Of a stretch of 64,000 bases of DNA, positions 19,230 to 28,308 are shown one piece after another (within the stretch, counting starts at the first letter, position 1; the number at the start of each line of letters is the position of its first letter). Source of the stretch: Nitrospirota bacterium. GTDB lineage: Bacteria; Nitrospirota; UBA9217. The stretch lies in the NCBI GenBank assembly GCA_029858565.1, contig JAOUEV010000002.1, forward strand, positions 96,001 through 160,000, read 5' to 3'. Made by a program: the position numbers and the translations under genes. Below the pieces are notes generated by a model. That model searched no databases and had not been told where the DNA came from. It saw nothing but the letters and a program-made list of their open reading frames with translations.

Positions 19230-20224
19230 AATCGATTGCCGCCCGAATATATGCATTTCTGCGCTCTGCTGCTCTCACGGTCTGGCTTGTGGGATTGTTC
19301 CTGTTCTATTATCTCTCGATGGCCGTGTGGAGCAATGAAGCTTTTGGTATGTACATTGTCCATCTTTCTTCGAATAACCTGTTTCGTGGGTTTTATCTTT
19401 TATTCCTCTCCAATGTGGTTCTTCGTCTCATAGAGAGACTGCAACGCCTTTGGTCAACAAGGGCGCAATTCATTCTCCAATTGCCCTTGTTGGTGGGGCT
19501 TTTGCTGTTCCTGCCGGCCTTGTTCCTGAGCTTGAACATGAGAAAGACACTGCGAACTCCACCGGTTGGCATGGGAGACATCATCACTGTTCCCCACGGC
19601 ACGGAGAAGTATCAGATCCAGTCTGTTGAGCCTGCGCTCAAGAAACGCTCTCTCAGGAATGAAGGGGCCGCGGTCTTTGATTACGAACCGGGGCTCATGC
19701 TCCTGGATCCTCAGGGAAGAACGTACCGGGTCGGCGCTTTTCCTCCCAGTCCTGTCGGCTCAACCTATATGCATGTGCTGACATTCGGGATCGGCCCTGG
19801 TGTGGAACTTAAAAAGGGGAGAGAAGTGGTATTTCGCGGATATATAGCGTTGCAGTTGACGCCATTTGGAAATGTCGACGTTTTTGACAATTCTGATTTG
19901 CCCTATAAGTTCTATTTGAGCATAATTCCCAATAGTACAATAAGAAAAGGAAAGGAATCCGCGAATACGTATGACCTTGAGAAACCGCGGTATAATGTCA
20001 CTGTCGTAAAGGAAGAACAGACCATTTTAAACGGGGAAACAGATTCTTCGATCAGAATTGATGAAAACCTCACTCTTTCGTTCTTTACGCCATCGGACTG
20101 GGTCATAGTTGAAGTTGTTCAAGATAGGTTTTTGCCATGGTTTGTTCTTTCGATATGCTTAATCTGCGTGGGAATTGTGCCCTTCCTCTTCTCAATGGTG
20201 ATGTCTAAACTAAGGGCGAAGTGA
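19226..20224 (+). CDS. ResB/CcsB-like cytochrome c biogenesis protein (divergent)
   Basis: Three N-terminal TMs, a large periplasmic domain (FGIGP...LQLTPFG...FYLSIIP) and WVIVEVVQD plus a TM, the same layout as 48982-50463. ATGA overlap with the previous gene. Confidence 0.6.
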   Translation: MKSIAARIYAFLRSAALTVWLVGLFLFYYLSMAVWSNEAFGMYIVHLSSNNLFRGFYLLFLSNVVLRLIERLQRLWSTRAQFILQLPLLVGLLLFLPALFLSLNMRKTLRTPPVGMGDIITVPHGTEKYQIQSVEPALKKRSLRNEGAAVFDYEPGLMLLDPQGRTYRVGAFPPSPVGSTYMHVLTFGIGPGVELKKGREVVFRGYIALQLTPFGNVDVFDNSDLPYKFYLSIIPNSTIRKGKESANTYDLEKPRYNVTVVKEEQTILNGETDSSIRIDENLTLSFFTPSDWVIVEVVQDRFLPWFVLSICLICVGIVPFLFSMVMSKLRAK

Positions 20225-20500
20225 ACGGCTTTTTATTTCGTTTGAAATGCGCAATAGTTGTCGTACATAAGTCCCTATCGGACGGCAGATTAGGATGAAC
20301 TTGGCTAGTTATTGTTGAGGAACAAAATTATTAGGTGTTTTTTTTATTAAATTTCATGGCATTATAAAAAAATTGCTTTGAGCATTATAAGTCTAGCATG
20401 TTTGAAAACCAACAAGGCTTTTGAGCGATAACACTCAAAATAAGTCATTGGTGTCTTGTAATATAAAGCTAATATATTGATATTTAAAGAATGCCTATGC

Positions 20501-20516
20501 TGGTATATGAATTGCA
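20501..20516 (+). promoter_or_regulatory. Sigma54 promoter of the multiheme cytochrome operon
   Basis: TGGTATA-TGAA-TTGCA with correct GG/GC spacing, 75 bp upstream of ATG 20591, within an AT-rich intergenic region. Confidence 0.65.
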
Positions 20517-20590
20517 AAGTATATTAATTGAAAAAGTAATGTATATAAGCTTGGAAATCTATTAAACATATTGATTTTTAAGGAGAAGCG

Positions 20591-21391
20591 ATGGCCACTT
20601 GCAATAGATTCACGAAAACCAATCCCTTTATCTCATTGCTTGCGCTTGGCTTGGTTTGTGTATGTTTTGCTGCTCCGGTTGATGCGCTGACAATCGTCGG
20701 TAGCAAGCATGATTTTACATCGACTGCCTCGGGCACGAACAATTTCGCGGATAATTTCTTTGTGCCGGATCCGGCAACGGGATTCCCAACGCCGATCGAT
20801 CAGGTCTGCGTTTTCTGTCATACGCCTCACCATGCAGCGCTCGGCGCAGCCGCCCCTCTGTGGAACAGGACCTCGTCGCCTCCTGATGCGACGTATACAT
20901 TCAAAATGTATACAAGCGAGTCCTTCACGTATGGTCCTGTTGGCGGTCCCACGGGCATCAGCGCCTTGTGCATGAGCTGCCATGATGGTGTATCGTCTAT
21001 CGCGGTGAGCACGCTTCTGAACCCCCCGGGAGACGCGACGCCCGATCAGGTCACTACATCGATGTCCTCCAATGGTGCAATAGGTGCGGTGTATAATGGT
21101 GATCCTCTTACGAATGGATGGGGCGCGAACCTTGGTAATATTGACCCCTTGTTCCCGGGAACCAAGATCATAGACCTGAGCAACGATCATCCGATTTCAT
21201 TCGTCTATCCGACCAGTGCTTCGGGCATCTATCCTTCTACTTCGATAGATACTCGTCTCCGTCTCTTTGGTGCTAGCAAGGACATGGTCGAGTGTGCGAC
21301 CTGTCATTTGGTGCACGACAACCAGTACGAGCCTTTCCTGGCAATGCCGAACAACGGCAGCCAGATGTGTCTATCCTGTCATCAAAAATAG
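20591..21391 (+). CDS. omcE: OmcE-like secreted tetraheme cytochrome c
   Basis: Signal peptide; SKHD...DQVCVFCHTPH...PLWNR...CMSCHDG...DLSNDHP...ECATCH.VHDN...PFL...GSQMCLSCHQK. Motif order matches Geobacter OmcE as I recall it. Confidence 0.8.
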   Translation: MATCNRFTKTNPFISLLALGLVCVCFAAPVDALTIVGSKHDFTSTASGTNNFADNFFVPDPATGFPTPIDQVCVFCHTPHHAALGAAAPLWNRTSSPPDATYTFKMYTSESFTYGPVGGPTGISALCMSCHDGVSSIAVSTLLNPPGDATPDQVTTSMSSNGAIGAVYNGDPLTNGWGANLGNIDPLFPGTKIIDLSNDHPISFVYPTSASGIYPSTSIDTRLRLFGASKDMVECATCHLVHDNQYEPFLAMPNNGSQMCLSCHQK

Positions 21392-21472
21392 ATCCGGAAC
21401 TGCAGCCATCTGTAGTCGGAAATATTTATGAAGAATTATTTAAGAAGAGTGAACGCGGCCTCGGAGGTGGGT

Positions 21473-24214
21473 ATGAAAACGGTGAAGATTTCGATCATTC
21501 TGATGATTGCCATCGTGGCAGTGGCCAGTGCTGCCTTCGCGGCCCCGGTCCGGATCGGGACCCTGGAGCAGAATATCTCGGACCCTGTGCGGGTGGCTTT
21601 GGATGCTCAGGGGAATATATATGTGACCGAGGCACAGCGCGACCTCGTCCTGGTTTATACCAGTAAAGGTCAGCATAAGACTGGCCTTTCGGTTCCTCGA
21701 CCGCTCGGTGTTGCGGTTGACGGGAACGGAACGATTTATGTAAGTTCTGGAAATCAGAGGACCAAAAACCCGGTGTATGTATTCACCCCGGACTTTGTGA
21801 AAGCCGGATGCCTGGGTGGGGCATCATGCGCGGAATTTGTAAAGCCCATCGATGTGGCTGTTGATGGAAAAGGCAATGTGTATGTCGTAGACAATGACCC
21901 TGATTATAGTGTGGTCAAGGTGTATGACGGTGCAGGCTCACTTATCCGTACGATTGCCGGCAGTGGCGCATCGCGGTTGAATAAACCCATGAGTGTTGCC
22001 ATCGACGATACAGCCGGGGAAATCATAATTTCCGATCAGCCGGATGTGATTGTTGCTGGTCAAAAGGCGATTGGCGCACGGATCCAGGCTTTTGATGGAT
22101 CTGGAATTGCTGTGCGGACGATTGGTCAGTATGGGATCGAGGTCGGTCAGTTCAAAGAAGCTACAGATATTGCCATTGATGCCAAGGGGCAGCTGTATGT
22201 TACTGACGGCGCTTTGGGTGTCACTAATATTATCAATGCCTCCGACGGGAACATCGTCGGTATTCTTTATGACGCCGGCAAGCCTGGTTATAACCCTAAC
22301 GGTGTTGTGGTAAGCAAAAATGGACTTGCGTATGTGGTCATGCAAAAAGGCGAAGGCAGCAAGGGCAGGATTGACATTTACGCTCTTGAAGGATATGTGA
22401 CGATGGCGGCTGCGCCTGCAGCGCTGATGTTCGAGGCTCGGCAGTTCTCGGGCAATCCTTCCGCTCAGACGGTATCGGTAAGCAACAGCGGCAGCGGCAC
22501 TCTCAACTGGACGGCATCGAAGAGCCAGTCGTGGATCGTGCTGGGGCAGGATGCAGGTACGGCGGGACCGAATGGATCTTCCGGTCTTCCCGTTGGTATA
22601 GACATCTCCGCGTTGAAGGCGGGAATTTATACAGGCACTGTTGCGGTCGTATCGGATTTCGGCCAGACGGAGTCAGTCGGTGTTTCTGTGAATGTGCTGA
22701 ATCCGCTGATCCTGAATATCAGCAAGAGCACGATGACATTTACTGCTAAGAAGGGCAAAACAGCGGCTGCCCAGTCTCTTGCAACAGGGATCGACAACGT
22801 CACCACGGCAACGGCGTGGAGCGCGAAGTCCGATTCAACGTGGCTTTCTGTAACACCGGCATCGGGAACTGCGACTGCCGCGTCTGCGGTTGCTGGTGCA
22901 AACGTAACGATCAACACCGCTGGCATGGGTGTTGGAACCTATAAGGGTGCTATCACGGTATCTGCCCCCGGAGCTATCGGAGATGGCAGTGCTGTTATGG
23001 TTATGCTTACGATAACCCCGACCACGAAGATCACCGTAAATACGAACAATGAAAATGCCAAGTTCTCGGTAAGCGGCCCGTCGACATACAATGGTAGCGG
23101 CTCATCATGGAGTGTGGAAGATGTTCCTGCGGGCGATTATAAGGTCAACTTTGAGCCTGTTGCCGGCTATCGCAAACCGAAGGCAGCGATGGGGGCTGTC
23201 CCGGCGGATGGCGAGGTTTCCTTCTCGGGAAATTATACGTCCTTCGCTGATATTGCTGCGCGGCGGAATATCCTTGTGGCCGGTGCTCTTGGCGTAAAAG
23301 CGCGTGATTCTGAGGTCAGTGTGTATAGCAATACGGGTGCTCTTTCGCAGGCAATTGATCTGTCAGCGAATTACGGTGCCAGCGTGGCGGTCGCCGATGT
23401 TGACAATGACGGCGCAGAAGAGATTATTGTTAGTGCCGCAGAAAAGGGGAGCAATCCCGCGACGGTTACGGTTATGAAAGCTGACAGGACCGTACTGAAC
23501 AGCTTCGTTCCTTTTGCGAATGCCAATGCTGTTCGGGTCGCGGCAGGAGACATGGATGGAAATGGGTCTGCGGAAATTGTCGTCATCCCAGCGCCTACCA
23601 GAAACGGCGCTGCCGGGACCGCAGCAGTGTATACCTACGACAGTGCGAGCGCGAAGATGATCGAAGTCGCGGCAGTGACCATGTATAAGAAGACGTCAAT
23701 AGTTGACGTTGCTGTCGCGGATATTAATGGTGATGGAAAAGCGGAACTTTTAACACTAGCCGCGTTTGAAGGAAAATCAGCAGGAATGGTAAAAGCCTGG
23801 AGCGTGAGCGCTGCAAAGGGTGGTTGGTCAGCAGCCTTGATCAACGATATCACCATGAACGGTGAAATGATGGGCGCTGCAGTGGCCGGTGGCGATGTCG
23901 ATGGAGACGGTGTAAGTGAGATTATTGTCGGTTCCGCGGCAGATGCGGGTGGTATGCTGACCATCATTAAAGGCGACGGAACTCAGACGAAGGTGAAGGT
24001 CTTTGGCAGGAAGGATGTGGCTGGTATGACGCTGGCCGTTGCTGACCTCGATGGCGACGGTAAGGCTGATCTCGTTGCGGCGCCTGTGCTTGAGAGTGGG
24101 AATGCGAAGAAGGATGGTGCGATCGAGGTCCTGAATTCGAATGGCACCTTGATGTTCTCGATCGATGTCAAGGCGGATGGTGCGAATGTTGCCATCGGTG
24201 AACTTGGTCTCTAA
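21473..24214 (+). CDS. Secreted NHL-repeat beta-propeller / BACON-like Ig / FG-GAP repeat protein
   Basis: NHL repeats (PLGVAVDGNGTIYVS, PIDVAVDGKGNVYVVD); BACON-like domains (NSGSGTLNWTASKSQSW, AWSAKSDSTWLSVTP); five DxD/NxDG repeats. GGAGG RBS before 21473. Confidence 0.85.
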   Translation: MKTVKISIILMIAIVAVASAAFAAPVRIGTLEQNISDPVRVALDAQGNIYVTEAQRDLVLVYTSKGQHKTGLSVPRPLGVAVDGNGTIYVSSGNQRTKNPVYVFTPDFVKAGCLGGASCAEFVKPIDVAVDGKGNVYVVDNDPDYSVVKVYDGAGSLIRTIAGSGASRLNKPMSVAIDDTAGEIIISDQPDVIVAGQKAIGARIQAFDGSGIAVRTIGQYGIEVGQFKEATDIAIDAKGQLYVTDGALGVTNIINASDGNIVGILYDAGKPGYNPNGVVVSKNGLAYVVMQKGEGSKGRIDIYALEGYVTMAAAPAALMFEARQFSGNPSAQTVSVSNSGSGTLNWTASKSQSWIVLGQDAGTAGPNGSSGLPVGIDISALKAGIYTGTVAVVSDFGQTESVGVSVNVLNPLILNISKSTMTFTAKKGKTAAAQSLATGIDNVTTATAWSAKSDSTWLSVTPASGTATAASAVAGANVTINTAGMGVGTYKGAITVSAPGAIGDGSAVMVMLTITPTTKITVNTNNENAKFSVSGPSTYNGSGSSWSVEDVPAGDYKVNFEPVAGYRKPKAAMGAVPADGEVSFSGNYTSFADIAARRNILVAGALGVKARDSEVSVYSNTGALSQAIDLSANYGASVAVADVDNDGAEEIIVSAAEKGSNPATVTVMKADRTVLNSFVPFANANAVRVAAGDMDGNGSAEIVVIPAPTRNGAAGTAAVYTYDSASAKMIEVAAVTMYKKTSIVDVAVADINGDGKAELLTLAAFEGKSAGMVKAWSVSAAKGGWSAALINDITMNGEMMGAAVAGGDVDGDGVSEIIVGSAADAGGMLTIIKGDGTQTKVKVFGRKDVAGMTLAVADLDGDGKADLVAAPVLESGNAKKDGAIEVLNSNGTLMFSIDVKADGANVAIGELGL

Positions 24215-24292
24215 TTCATGATCGTGACCAGCATGAACATGAATGGAATTAAAAGATTGATACGGCGTACTCTGCAAGAAGGAGCGGTGACT

Positions 24293-27200
24293 ATGAAGAA
24301 ATCTACTCTACTTACGATTTCAATTCTGATTATGCTGTTCGGCATGCTGATTGCCGTGCGGGACGTCGCGGCACTCGATGCCCCGCATAACGCGAACGAC
24401 GTATCTCGGTCGATCACCTGCTCCACGTGCCACGTTTCTCCATTGGGACCGACCCCGACGTGGAAAACAATCCCGACGACCACGGACAATACCTATACAA
24501 ACAATCTTTGTACAAGCTGTCACGCGAGCGGCAAGCTCACGACCAGCAAGTATGAGGATATTAAGACCCACTCTGCGGCGAACACGGGAAGCACCCGGTG
24601 GGGCGGTGGCTGGACGGTTGAGTGTCGTGTCTGCCATCATGCCCATAACCAGGCGCAGCAGACCACGTTCTATTCAGATGCTAATAATAATGTGCTGACC
24701 GGTACGGTGGCGGCGCTGACGTCGTCGGTATCTGCGACCATGTCCACGCTTACTGCGTCCGCGGGGTCGATGGGAACCGATGGTTACGTTGGTTACCTTC
24801 TTATCCCGAATACCGCATATCCTACGATCATGTATCGTGTTATAGCCAATGACGCGACGAAGTTTACCGTGAAAGGTGCTATTAACCTGGCTCGTACGGC
24901 AGTGGGAAAGACCTGGGCACTGCGCTACGGCAAAATGGTGAAAACGCAAATTGCCTATACGAACCCGACTTCGGTGAATGCCTCGGTCAAGTTCTACAAT
25001 AATGCAGGCAACAATTCCTTTGCAGAAACCGCGAGCCCATCAACATCCCTTTGCATGGTCTGTCATACCCAGACCAAGCATTTCAAGAATGACGGAACAT
25101 TTGAGACTGCAGGTCATCCGGCAGCTGTCGGAACGGCCTGCACTTCCTGCCATAAACATAATACGGGCTTCAAGGCAAGCGGATGTAATGGCTGTCACGG
25201 CCAGAGCGGATCGACCGGCGCGCCTCTTGTTGCCGGTGATCTTGTCTCGCCAGCAACCGGCCACGCCGAAGGCGCACATCTGCGGCATGCGGTGACCCTG
25301 TCTCTGAGTTGTGCTGTCTGTCACGCTGGAAATACCATGCCTGCGCTCGACAGCGAGATAACCATGTCGTTCAGCGACGCGGCAGCAGGTGGAGCATATC
25401 AGGGCACTGCTCTCAACGCTCCTTACACCTATAGCGCCAATGTCACCCTGGGCGGCACGCAAACCTGTTCCTCTTTATATTGCCATAGCTCGGGTCAGAG
25501 TGCCACGGGTGGTTCGCTTGCCGGCGGAGACTACAAGTCAGTGAACTGGACAGGAGCCGGCCTGAACTGCGGCAGCTGCCACGTTGATATGGATGCAAGC
25601 GCATCGGCAACTGGCAGCCATATTAAGCACGCACAGGATAAGGCCATTGCTTGTGCGACCTGCCATGATGGATACACAGAAACGTCAACGGCCGCGGCAA
25701 CGCACGCAAATGCCTCGATCAATCTGAGCTTCAGCGGTAGGGCTGCTGGCTCGACATACTCCCAGGGAAACTCCCATGCTGTGCAGAACGGATACGGCCA
25801 GTGTTCAACGAACGATTGCCATAGCACCGGCCAGGGTTCCGATGGCAGTTCGTCCGGCATTACCTATGCGTCTCCGACGTGGGGCGGAACGGTGAATTGC
25901 AGCTCCTGCCACAAGAACATGGATGCTGATGCGACCGCACCGGGCAGCCATGTGAAGCACGCGCAGAGCGCGGCGATTGCCTGCGCCACCTGTCACAACG
26001 GATACACCGAGACCACCGCAGCCGTGGCAACCCATGACGACGGCACGGTGGACATGAGCTTCAGCGGTCCGGGAGACGGCACGTTCTACACCGGCGGTAC
26101 GACGAGCGGCAACTACGCGCTCGGCGGCGGTTACGGTTCTTGCTACACCAGCTCCTGCCACAGCTCGGGCCAGTCCGCCACGGGTACGGCCTCGCCGCTG
26201 ACCTATGGTTCACCGGTATGGGGCGGTACCTTGGACTGCGGTTCCTGCCACACGAACATGGATACTGATGCGACCGCACCGGGCAGCCACGTGAAGCATG
26301 CCCAGAGCGCGGCCATCGCTTGCGCCTCCTGTCACAGCGGTTACACTGAGACCACGGTTGCGGTTGCAACGCATAATAACTCGACAGTCAACGTGACGAT
26401 GGCGACCGGCTTCTACACCGGCGGCACAACGAGCGGCAACAACGCGCTCGGCGGCGGCTATGGTTCCTGCTACACCAGCTCCTGCCACAGCTCGGGCCAG
26501 TCAGCCACGGGTACGGCCTCGCCGCTGACCTATGGTTCTCCGGCATGGGGAGGTACACTGGACTGCGGCTCCTGCCATAAGAACATGGATACTGATGCGA
26601 CCGCACCGGGCAGCCACGTGAAGCATACCCAGAGCGCGGCCATCGCTTGCGCAACCTGTCACAACGGTTACACCGAGACCTCGGTTGCCGCGGCATCGCA
26701 TAACAACGGCACGGTGGATATGAGCTTCAGCGGGACGGGTGCCGGGACGTTCTACAGCGGCGGCACAGTGAGCGGCGACAACGCGCTCGGCGGCGGCTAC
26801 GGTTCCTGCTACACCAGCTCCTGCCACAGCTCAGGCCAGTCAGCGACGGGTACGGCATCACCGTTGACCTACGGCTCTCCTGCGTGGGGCGGAGCGCTGG
26901 ATTGCGGCTCCTGCCACAAGAACATGGATACGGATGGAACTGCGCCGGGAAGCCACGTTGGCCATGCACAGACAGCGGCGATTGCGTGCGCAACCTGCCA
27001 CAGCGGGTACACCGAGACGACGGTTGCGGCTGCAACGCATAATAACTCGACAGTCAACGTGACGATGTCGACCGGCTTCTACAGCGGCGGCACGGTTTCG
27101 GGTGACAATGCGCTGGGCGGCGGTTATGGAACCTGTTTCACAACGAACTGCCATGGCTCATCCTCACCCGTCTGGGGCACGAACACCACGAATGCTTCCT

Positions 27201-28174
27201 GTACGAAGTGCCATGGTGTTTCCGGCGCAACCCCTGCGCAGTATACCGCGGATAACAATATAGCGGCGCCTGGATATGTTTCTGTCGCTCCGGTCGGTAC
27301 CGGTCGCGCAACATCTGGTGCGACAGCTGCGACAGATCCGAAGGTCGGAGCTCATAACGCACACCTTAAGGGCGTGAGCAACTATTCGGATCCCATTGCC
27401 TGCAGCGCCTGCCACAATACGTCATCAGGGCACATGGATGGTTCCGGCACACTGACATTCAGCGGTTTGTCTACATCGAACGGCGCCGCTGCAAATTATA
27501 GCGCGCCGAATTGTTCAACAACCTACTGTCATTTCGGTAAATCGATCAATTTGTACTCGCCGGCAGTTTCGAGCGCTACAGTGACCTGGAATGATACGGC
27601 TTACCTGAGCGGCACACCGAGCATCGGCGGAGACTGCGCGAAGTGCCATCTCTCACCGCCTTCGGCAACAGGGACCCATGCAGGCTACAGCACCTTCACA
27701 GACTGCAACACCTGTCATCCTCATGTGAGCACAGACGGTACGTTCAACAACAAATCGCTGCATATCAACGGCGTAGTCGAAGCCGCAAGCGGTTGCGACG
27801 GCTGCCACGCATATCCGCCTGCAATAGGCGACGGCAAGGCGTATAAGGGTTCCGCGCTGCTCGGTAAAGGAGCGCATACATCCCATGTCAACTATCTCCT
27901 CCTGAGGACCGGATTGACCCTTAGCGCTAAGGGTGATACTTATACCGGTGCAACGGTTGCGGCGATCTGCGGCGTTTGTCACAACACGTCAGCCGATGCC
28001 TTCCATAAGAATGGCAATGATGTCCGTGACCTCCTGATCCCATCGTCTTACCTCTTTGGTACGGGGACGCCGACATATAACGGGAATCCCGCGACTACGA
28101 CCAATAAGAACTGCTCGAATGTCAGCTGCCATTTCAATGTAACTCCGCTGTGGCAGCAGACCGCGGGTCAGTAA
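24293..28174 (+). CDS. Giant secreted multiheme cytochrome c with CxxxxCH/CxxCH modules (~31 heme motifs)
   Basis: Hand count of 23 CxxCH and 8 CxxxxCH; signal peptide; Ser/Thr/Gly/Ala-rich. Confidence 0.93.
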   Translation: MKKSTLLTISILIMLFGMLIAVRDVAALDAPHNANDVSRSITCSTCHVSPLGPTPTWKTIPTTTDNTYTNNLCTSCHASGKLTTSKYEDIKTHSAANTGSTRWGGGWTVECRVCHHAHNQAQQTTFYSDANNNVLTGTVAALTSSVSATMSTLTASAGSMGTDGYVGYLLIPNTAYPTIMYRVIANDATKFTVKGAINLARTAVGKTWALRYGKMVKTQIAYTNPTSVNASVKFYNNAGNNSFAETASPSTSLCMVCHTQTKHFKNDGTFETAGHPAAVGTACTSCHKHNTGFKASGCNGCHGQSGSTGAPLVAGDLVSPATGHAEGAHLRHAVTLSLSCAVCHAGNTMPALDSEITMSFSDAAAGGAYQGTALNAPYTYSANVTLGGTQTCSSLYCHSSGQSATGGSLAGGDYKSVNWTGAGLNCGSCHVDMDASASATGSHIKHAQDKAIACATCHDGYTETSTAAATHANASINLSFSGRAAGSTYSQGNSHAVQNGYGQCSTNDCHSTGQGSDGSSSGITYASPTWGGTVNCSSCHKNMDADATAPGSHVKHAQSAAIACATCHNGYTETTAAVATHDDGTVDMSFSGPGDGTFYTGGTTSGNYALGGGYGSCYTSSCHSSGQSATGTASPLTYGSPVWGGTLDCGSCHTNMDTDATAPGSHVKHAQSAAIACASCHSGYTETTVAVATHNNSTVNVTMATGFYTGGTTSGNNALGGGYGSCYTSSCHSSGQSATGTASPLTYGSPAWGGTLDCGSCHKNMDTDATAPGSHVKHTQSAAIACATCHNGYTETSVAAASHNNGTVDMSFSGTGAGTFYSGGTVSGDNALGGGYGSCYTSSCHSSGQSATGTASPLTYGSPAWGGALDCGSCHKNMDTDGTAPGSHVGHAQTAAIACATCHSGYTETTVAAATHNNSTVNVTMSTGFYSGGTVSGDNALGGGYGTCFTTNCHGSSSPVWGTNTTNASCTKCHGVSGATPAQYTADNNIAAPGYVSVAPVGTGRATSGATAATDPKVGAHNAHLKGVSNYSDPIACSACHNTSSGHMDGSGTLTFSGLSTSNGAAANYSAPNCSTTYCHFGKSINLYSPAVSSATVTWNDTAYLSGTPSIGGDCAKCHLSPPSATGTHAGYSTFTDCNTCHPHVSTDGTFNNKSLHINGVVEAASGCDGCHAYPPAIGDGKAYKGSALLGKGAHTSHVNYLLLRTGLTLSAKGDTYTGATVAAICGVCHNTSADAFHKNGNDVRDLLIPSSYLFGTGTPTYNGNPATTTNKNCSNVSCHFNVTPLWQQTAGQ
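25895..27155 (+). repeat. Intragenic tandem repeat of alternating 339-bp and 327-bp three-heme units
   Basis: Anchor TCCTGCCACAGCTC recurs at 26153, 26480 and 26819 (spacing 327, 339). Protein unit is CxSCH-NMDxDATAPGSHVKH-CAxCH-...-CYTSSCH. Confidence 0.9.
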
Positions 28175-28308
28175 GGGAGGGTGTGGACGTGTATACCGTA
28201 CTGAGGTATAATAGCCAGCCTGCATGCAAGGCTGCAGTTCATAATCAGAAACGCTCAGCCGCATCCGTGGAATCGACCGGCAGAGCTCTTACAGAAGGCG
28301 AGGTACTT

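Noticed and set aside
20357-20377. TGGCATT...TTGCT as a second sigma54 site
   Set aside because: The spacing between GG and GC is too long for a -24/-12 promoter.
25805-27154. Repeated minus-strand ORFs beginning MAGAGVA or MQPQP as a peptide (RiPP precursor) array
   Set aside because: They are the antisense reading of the tandem repeats inside the giant cytochrome.
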